DNA of 64,000 nt from NCBI GenBank assembly GCA_963693365.1, contig CAVNZM010000007.1:3500159-3564158 (forward strand), in the 5' to 3' direction. Below, piece by piece: positions 56,104 to 64,000 of the stretch; within the stretch, counting starts at the first letter, position 1, and every line of letters starts with the position of its first letter. The notes beneath the pieces were generated by a model. It had not been told where the DNA came from. It ran no database searches and saw only the letters and a program-made list of their open reading frames with translations. The DNA comes from Amoebidium appalachense. Lineage: Eukaryota; Protista; Ichthyosporea. Position numbers and translations under genes: made by a program.

Positions 56104-57164
56104 ATCTCCCGTTCCGGAGCAACACTGGCAGATTGGCCCCCCACTTTGCTCCGGCCGAGCTGCTTCGAGCCACCACTACCCTGCAGGAATGCCAGGCCCT
56201 GAGTCTCAACCTCGACTCTCGGGCCTTTTACTCCCGGGTGCAAAAAGTGTTCATCGATTTCTGTGTGGCATCTCGGCTGCAATCCTCCTCCGGGTCCTCC
56301 CTCCCGGCCTCCCCACACACCGTGCAACTTTTTCTCGCCTGGTGTGCCCAACGAGGGGTACAGGCCTCTTCCTTAACCGGCTACAATTCGGCCATCACCA
56401 GGCTCCACCTCGACATGGGCCTCCCTGCTCCCTACCCCCACGACAAGTCTCTGGCCTGGTTCCTACGGGGGGTGGGCCGATGGCAGCTTTCTCACAACAT
56501 CCGACCCCGCTCATCCACCAGGGAACCCCTCCTCCCCTCCCACCTCCACCTACTCCACGGCCAGTGCCCCACCAAGGCCTCCTCGGCCAATCTCCGGCTA
56601 TGGACGGCCCTCATCGTCGGTTTCTGTGGTCTCCTCCGTTCAGGGGAATTTACCTCCAAGACCCTGACTTCTTTCGACCCGTCCCGTCACGTTAAACGGA
56701 AGGACGTGACCTTCAGCTACACCCCCACCGGTACTTTGTCCCATGCCACCCTCCACCTGCCAACCTCTAAGACGGATGTACAGGCCCGAGGTGTCAACGT
56801 CACCCTAGCTGCCCTGCCCCTCACCCACTTCTCCCCAGCCCATCTCCTCCGGCAGTTCCTGGATACAACGTCCGGTCAACCCGACGACCCCCTCTTCAGT
56901 CTCGGTGGCATCCCCTACACCAAGAGTGCTTTCTCTGCCGATTTCCGTGCCCTCCTCTCCCGGGCAGGCCTCTCACCCTCCCGGTTTGCCGGACACAGCC
57001 TCCGCATCGGGGGGGCCACAGCACTGGCTGAGGCCGGGGTCGACGACTCCCGGATCAAACAACTCGGCCGGTGGTCCTCCGACTGCTTCCTGATCTATAC
57101 CCGACTTCGTCCGGCCTCCATTGCTGCCACCACCACACGTGTATTCGCCTCTATTCTTAAGTGA
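56104..57164 (+). CDS. Ng-6 tyrosine recombinase, uninterrupted; start placed at predicted splice acceptor
   Basis: 343-aa ORF from TTG 56133, open back to 56104; R, K, HxxR, W, Y catalytic set present. Confidence 0.93.
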
Positions 57165-58147
57165 AACCTTTGGAGCAAGCATACTGCTCTCGTGCCGTGG
57201 TTTACAACCATTGCAGGTTCACTTTCGTCCAAGGGGATGTCCCCCTAGAGGCAACACACGTCCCGGAGTAGTTTTTCATAGAGGTTTTATTTGTGGAAAT
57301 TATTGACATAAATATTTTTCTGGGTAAACACGTAGGATGGGTGTTCGATACCAACATAACCATGTAGGCTTCATTTCGTGTTTTAGCAGTTAGCGGTTGG
57401 CTGCCCGCACACGGGCACCTATTAGCCAGTCAAAACATCAGATACCACAGATCACTAGACCGAGTTATGATTGGCTCGGATCAGATTTCACATATCACTA
57501 GATCGATTTTTGATTGGTTCAGATCGGTAGGCTTAGGTATATAAGCACGACAGTTTTTAGCAGATCAGCAAGCTACAAACACATCTTCTGTGTTTAGCAT
57601 CCACAGCCTTACAGCTATATATTCCTTTTCACCCACCCACCTACACCCACACACAACCCCCATTGATCCACACATACGTGCTGTTTTTTTTCACGGGGCG
57701 AAGCCTTCCCCCGTTTTTTTTTGGGCACATGGACCTCACGGATCAATAAATTGATGACTGGGGGCTTGCCGTGGTTTACAACCATTGCAGGTTCACTTTC
57801 GTCCAAGGGGATGTCCCCCTAGGGGCAACACACGTCCCGGAGTAGTTTTTCATAGATAATATATTTATATTATAGAATATAGATATATAAACATATATAA
57901 ATATATATCATAAATTATATTTATATATATTTATATATATGAATATACATATAATTTAAATACATATATCATGATATCTGTGCACACGGTGCGGCTGGCG
58001 GACGATGATCCGGATATCACTGGTATTCGATATCAAGTATATATTGTTAGTGCGCGCATGCATGCACTGTACCGTAAACAGTACGCCCGCACCGTGCAGC
58101 TGCAGTACATGCATATGCACTCAGGTTGTTCCCCCGGCCATGGCCAG

Positions 58148-58178
<31 letters not shown>

Positions 58179-58342
58179 ATTTTTATATTAATTAAAACAA
58201 TGTGCACGTGCATGCTTCACCGACTGGCCGGCGCGCGCCATGGCATGTGTACGTATACGCTAGTACTAATTAGCACTGTGCACATATATTATCATGAAGA
58301 AGCAAGGATATTCATTTACGTGCATACAGCACATCCATACAT

Positions 58343-58378
<36 letters not shown>

Positions 58379-58734
58379 TATGATGCACGTATGCGTTCAC
58401 GCACTGTCAACGACACACACACATCGTCGACATATGCATGCACGCGTACGTCTGCATATGATGCGCACGCGCGCACTTTAATACACACACAGAAATTAAA
58501 ACCCACGCGCACCGTACACGCGTGGCACATTCACATACACGTGTGCACGGACGCACGCGCACCCCTTACCCCCCCCCCCCCCCCCTGGGGCTCCATCCCT
58601 CCAGCAGTGTCCACGCAATAAAAAGTGTGTAAACCCTCACCCCCCCCCCTCCCCCCCCCCCTCCCCCCCCCCCCCCCCCCCCCCCCCAACAAAGCAACAC
58701 CTCCCTCTCCCCTATCCCGACACACACACATACC

Positions 58735-58935
58735 TGCAACATGAACGTACGGTTCTTTTTGTCATACGATATGGTAGCTTGCAGTAATGCTTGTGTGCCC
58801 GTTCATAGCCCTCAGCTGTCTCTACAGAACCAAAAAGGCGGGTGTCGTCGCTGCAATGGTCCCCGGCATGGAATTTGCTTGACTTGAGGTCGCCAGATGA
58901 ACAATGAAAGCAGTCGGCGCAGACTTGCCAAGTGC
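58735..58935 (-). pseudogene. Plavaka/CACTA-like transposase exon remnant
   Basis: DLKSSKFHAGDHCSDDTRLFGSVETAEGYERAHKHYCKLPYRMT, homologous to the 26.1-kb exon; ends in a CAG|GTATG donor. Confidence 0.65.
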
Positions 58936-59133
58936 GGGGGGGGGGGGGGAGGGGGGAGGGGGGGGGAGCAGGGGGGAGGGGGGAGAGGTAACGAATCATT
59001 GAGCAACTCTATACGGGTAAGTTCCAAAGCAAGCAATAAGACTCCTTATATCCTAAGGTTATTAGATGAAGAGAATAGACAACGGATCACCAGCACGAAT
59101 TAGATTTGTTCCTGCAGCTGGCAATTGTGCTGC

Positions 59134-59166
<33 letters not shown>

Positions 59167-59334
59167 GTTTTTTTTTTTTAGAATTTTTTTTGGGGGGGGG
59201 GGGGGGGGGGAGGGGGGGGGAGGGGGGGGCCCCCCCCGTGTTGGTGGGGGGGGGGGGGGGGGAGGGGGGGGGGAGGGGAGGGGGGAGGAAGGGGGGGGGG
59301 GGGCACCCCCCCCCCCAACCCCGCCCCCCCCCCC

Positions 59335-59435
<101 letters not shown>

Positions 59436-59544
59436 AGTGGGTGGGTGGGTGGGCTGGTGTGGGTGTGACTGTGGGTGTGGGCCGTGTGTCGTCACACACG
59501 TCAGGGGGTGTCACAGTGTTGTGCTTGTGTTACGGTTTGTATTT

Positions 59545-60320
59545 CCCCATCAAGCCCCCCTGCATTTCCACCCGGCGGGTGCGTTCTTCCTTATATATGC
59601 ACTCGTGTGGCTAGGTGCATTTTTGTTGCCACCCACGAACCAATGGCCTGGGAGCATCCATCTTTTGGGAATAGCAGCATATAGGTACTCGGGAGGTGTG
59701 GGCCAAGTTACAGGGCTGCAGCCAAAATACCCAAAAAAATCCCTACATTTACCCCCGTAAATGTTTTTTTTTCCACATGTGCAACATCAACTACTCAGGG
59801 CACCCCCAAATAATGAATATAACGTGTTCCTAAAGCAAGTAGCAGTTGAAACTTGGTACAAAGTAGGAAATGGGTGCTTGGAACGTGTGCACCGAGTTTT
59901 AGCCGTACACCACAAAACCCCATCAAGCCCCCCCACTTTCCCCACCCGGCGGGTACGCTTTTCCTATATGTGCCTTCATATGGCTAGGTGCACTTTTGTT
60001 GCCACCCACGAACCAATGGCCTGGGAGCATCCATCTTTTGGGAATTGCAGCATATAGGTCACTAGGGAGGTGTTGGCCAAGTTACAGGGCTGCAGCCAAA
60101 ATACCAAAACCCCCCCCTACGTTTACACCCGCGAATGTTATTCTTCCTACATGTGCAACATCAACTACTCAGGGCACCACCAAATAATGAATAACACGTG
60201 TTCCACGTGCAAGTAGCAGTTGACACTTGGTACAAAGTAGCATATGGGTGCTAGGAACGTGTGCACCAACTTTTAGCCGTGCACCACAAAACCCCACCAA
60301 GCCCAACTACTTTCCCACCC
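59545..60320. repeat. About 373-bp tandem direct repeat, two copies plus a partial third
   Basis: CCCCA(T/C)CAAGCCC at 59545, 59918, 60292 with colinear internal similarity. Confidence 0.85.
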
Positions 60321-60394
60321 GGCGGTCCCCCCCCCCCCCTCACCCTTCCCCTTTTCCTCCCCCCCCCCCCCCCCCCCCGCCCACCAACAAACTC

Positions 60395-61025
<631 letters not shown>

Positions 61026-61295
61026 CATTGCCAGCTGCAGGAACACAGAATCAAATGGACATAGATTCGATGGCCAATGGTGATCACGTGTGATATCTAT
61101 ATAAATATCCTTACATGTCCAACGTACATACACTACATAACCAACAGGATATACAAAGGAGATCAATCATCCTAATGTACAATTAGAGCTACAATGCATA
61201 TGGTTTTGGGAACAATTACCCGTATAGAGTATGCTCAAATGGATATCCAGTGCCACGGTTGACACCACCCCCCCCCCCCCCCCCCCCCCCCCCAG

Positions 61296-61491
61296 TATGG
61301 CCAAGTCTGCGTACGATGCTTTATTGTTCATCTGAGAACGACCTCAAGTCAAGCAAATTCCATGCCGGGGACCATTGCAGCGACGACACCCGCCTTTTGG
61401 TCCTGTAGAGACAGTTGAGGGCATGAACGGCACACAAGCATTCAAGCTATCATATCGTATGACAAACAAGAACCGTACGTTCATGTTGCAG
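61296..61491 (+). pseudogene. Inverted, frameshifted second copy of the Plavaka-like exon
   Basis: poly-C-CAG acceptor at 61293-61295, ENDLKSSKFHAGDHCSDDTRL...YRMTNKN, CAG|GTATT donor. Confidence 0.6.
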
Positions 61492-61536
61492 GTATTTGTG
61501 TGTGTTTGTGTTTGTGTGTGTGTGTGTGGCGCGCGC

Positions 61537-61570
<34 letters not shown>

Positions 61571-61649
61571 GTGTGTGTGTGTGTTTAGTTTTTTTTATTT
61601 TTGTTGTGTGTGTTTTTTTTTGTGTGTGTGTGTTTGTGTTTGTGTGTGG

Positions 61650-61726
61650 TTTTGACGTCATTGAGCAAGAGCTTGAATATGTATTGTCCTAGCTTGTTTG
61701 TATTCGTGTCTGCTTTCCCTCTTTGT

Positions 61727-61762
<36 letters not shown>

Positions 61763-64000
61763 CCCCCCCCCCCCCCCCCGTATATCTCTCTCCCTTGTTT
61801 CTGTGGGCACAGATATCTGTAGATCTGTGCACACCTGGCTCTCTTGCCTGATAAGAACTTATTGTGTTTTTATTTCTATTTGCTCTCCTCTGTTTATCTG
61901 AGAGGTAGCGTGATTGGCTAGCCTCACTCGTTGTCTTTCCTTTATTTCAAAATGGCCTAGTTTTGTTCTCAAAAGGATGGCTCGCCAATAGTCGCGAGCG
62001 AGTACATCCGTAGATCGTGTTGTGCATTCCTGTCTGTTAATATATGTGTGTTGTGATTGGACAATAGAATATATGGAATTCGGTTTATTGCAAAGTGTCT
62101 TCACTTTGAGAGTGTCGACTGTTAGGAAATATATGTATTTAAATAAGTTTCTTTATAGAGACGAACATAAATATATATGTGAGTTAATAGTGACTAGATG
62201 TATAATTACTTAATTTATTTAAGTAAGAGGTTCTACACTTTAGTTTAATCGGAAGCTGGAATGCGTATGCTCTGTCGGAATGTGTTTTTCTATCTTCTGA
62301 TAGAACCGATTGGTTCTCCCTCTTTAGTTGTGATAAGGTGATAAGTCGCAAGTACAAAAGGAACCGAGAGCACAATAAAGATTCAGTTGTTGTTTGAAAT
62401 CTTTCAATGTCTCGTGAACAACTCCGATTGCCCTCTCATTAATGTGTTAGTCGTGTTTTACATGACACCTCTGTGCACTCTCGCAACCTTAAACCTGTCC
62501 CGACAACAGGTTATGGGCCCATTTTCGCACCCTCTCGCAACACACTAGCAATCGTTAAATTCCTGGTACACATCATAGCTGTGGTCAGCTCCTCATGCAC
62601 CTCATCTAATGGTCACTTGCGTGTTAACGTTGAGTACCTATTACGTGAATTGACGCCGCCCCCCCTTCCTCTTGGTGCTGAGGCCGTGTACATCTCTCCC
62701 TGGCGTCCCCTAAACCCGTCTGTGCTTTTCTGCACATTCCGTCTCTGGCACTTCCCGCCGTCACCTAGCCTCTCGGCTCCTCCCGCGACCGGCCGTAACC
62801 GGTCCTCCGTCACTCCCCTTGACAAGATCTGACTCATCTTGACAAGAGCTTCTGTCATGCCTTGACAATCGTGCCATCCTTGCAAGTTTCAGCTTGCCCT
62901 CATTCCAGTTCCGTCCTGGTTCCTCTCCGTCACGTCAAACCTTCCTCCACCATTGGTTCTGCCGTCGCGCTCCAAGTTCTTCTTTGACACTTCATGACGT
63001 GTCCCCCTGTCCCGACGTGGTCTCCACCGCGCCTCCCTGTCTGCCCCGGAGGCTCCCATTCCATAACATCGAAATCCCAATCACTCGTCAAATTTCAAAC
63101 CCCGGCTCCATTCCGATCGACGATCATTTGACACCCCGTCTCGATCCGACTTGACTATCCTCCCTCAAGTCCATCTGAAGTACCCAAATTCGGTACTTCT
63201 TTCCAGTCTCCCGTGTTCAACACAGTCCAAGCACTTTGTGCTTTCCTACTCCATAGGAGCCCCGGCCCCGAGTCCCTGCCAGAACCGTTTACCATGTCGT
63301 CCAACATGCTCCCTTCCAGGATTTCCAACCCTGTTCCCACCACCGTGCCGTCACTGTCGCCGGACCCCTCACATTCCATGGATCTGCCCCGCATTCCGGC
63401 AGCAGTTTCCTCCGATCACGTGGCCAGCCTCGTCGAGCTCTCAGCTCCCCCAAACCCTGCACGGGCCCCAGTTACCCCTGCAGCTGTTTCCCCCCGTTAC
63501 CCCCCGACCCCGGCAAGCAACACGTGCTGCCAGGTCTGGCCGTTCCCATCCACGTTTCTAGCCAGCCTACCGTGCTGCCTGCCCCCGTTTCCGAAGCCCC
63601 TGTCTTTGACGAATCACAATTCACCACGGCATCCAATCAGATTTCTGTGCCGACCACCAATCAGCCGACTTCAATCGATCCATCACTGCCGTCCCTGGAT
63701 CCTCACTCCGATGACGATGAGATTCAGTCAGTGATTCTCCGTCGTTTCCCCCGTCGTGTGCCTGCCCCCGTGGGTCCACCCACCCACCCCCCCACCGGCC
63801 AGCAACCCCTGCTGCCGGCCCCTGCCGTCAATGACCACGTACCTGGTCATCTAACCCCGGTTCGTCCTGGGTCTCCGGAGTTCCACTCGGCCCTGTCCAG
63901 CCCCGTGTCATCCGACTCCCCCTCAACACGGCACCCATCCCCGCCATCCAGGCTCCCATCCCCGAACCCCGAGTGTCTGTCCCAGACACTCCCCCGGCCC
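61650..64000 (+). mobile_element. Second Copia-2 copy: 5' LTR to 62508, PBS GGTTATGGGCCC at 62509-62520, heavily deleted or garbled internal region, runs off the window
   Basis: LTR matches 17700-18630; 63600-64000 matches about 21125-21525. Confidence 0.88.

Larger units (their letters stand above)
53442..57856 (+). mobile_element. YR retrotransposon copy Ng-6 with a complete A1...B1-A2-B2 set but most of gag deleted
   Basis: A1 53442-53782, deletion to the gag 3' end, RT/RH, YR, B1 57193-57282, A2 57283-57631, B2 57767-57856. Confidence 0.95.

Noticed and set aside
57193-57856. Hammerhead ribozyme in the terminal repeats
   Set aside because: No CTGAnGA...GAAA core with suitable stems found by eye on either strand
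63151-63734. Novel ORFs at the window end
   Set aside because: Out-of-frame readings of a deleted or garbled Copia-2 internal region

Overview
Eukaryotic, transposon-saturated DNA with no confidently identifiable host gene. Long G/C homopolymers, (CA)n/(CT)n tracts and several garbled stretches look like long-read errors. It holds three Ty1/copia LTR-retrotransposon families (Copia-1 1720-8463; Copia-2 17700-24354 with an LTR fragment near 47.7 kb and a degraded copy from about 61.65 kb; Copia-3 37505-43890 with a perfect GTATG target-site duplication). It also holds seven partial copies of one tyrosine-recombinase (YR) retrotransposon of the DIRS order with Ngaro/PAT-type split direct repeats A1-gag-RT/RNaseH-YR-B1-A2-B2, degenerate intron-containing Plavaka/CACTA-like transposase remnants, and a 183-bp satellite inside one of those remnants. 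Main candidate for something new: the RT and YR ORFs of the YR retroelement have no usable AUG, but each is preceded by a phase-1 3' splice site, and gag holds a matching phase-1 AG|GTGAG donor. This predicts that one promoter makes Gag, leader-RT/RH and leader-YR by alternative splicing, all sharing a 133-aa leader with an NLS-like start. Other signals: a hairpin-occluded AATAAA after gag, a DLRxR(L/I) motif shared by unrelated Gags, CGC/GCG-specific depletion in retroelement ORFs, and tRNA-half-type primer sites that vary opposite the anticodon. All calls are by eye, without database searches.
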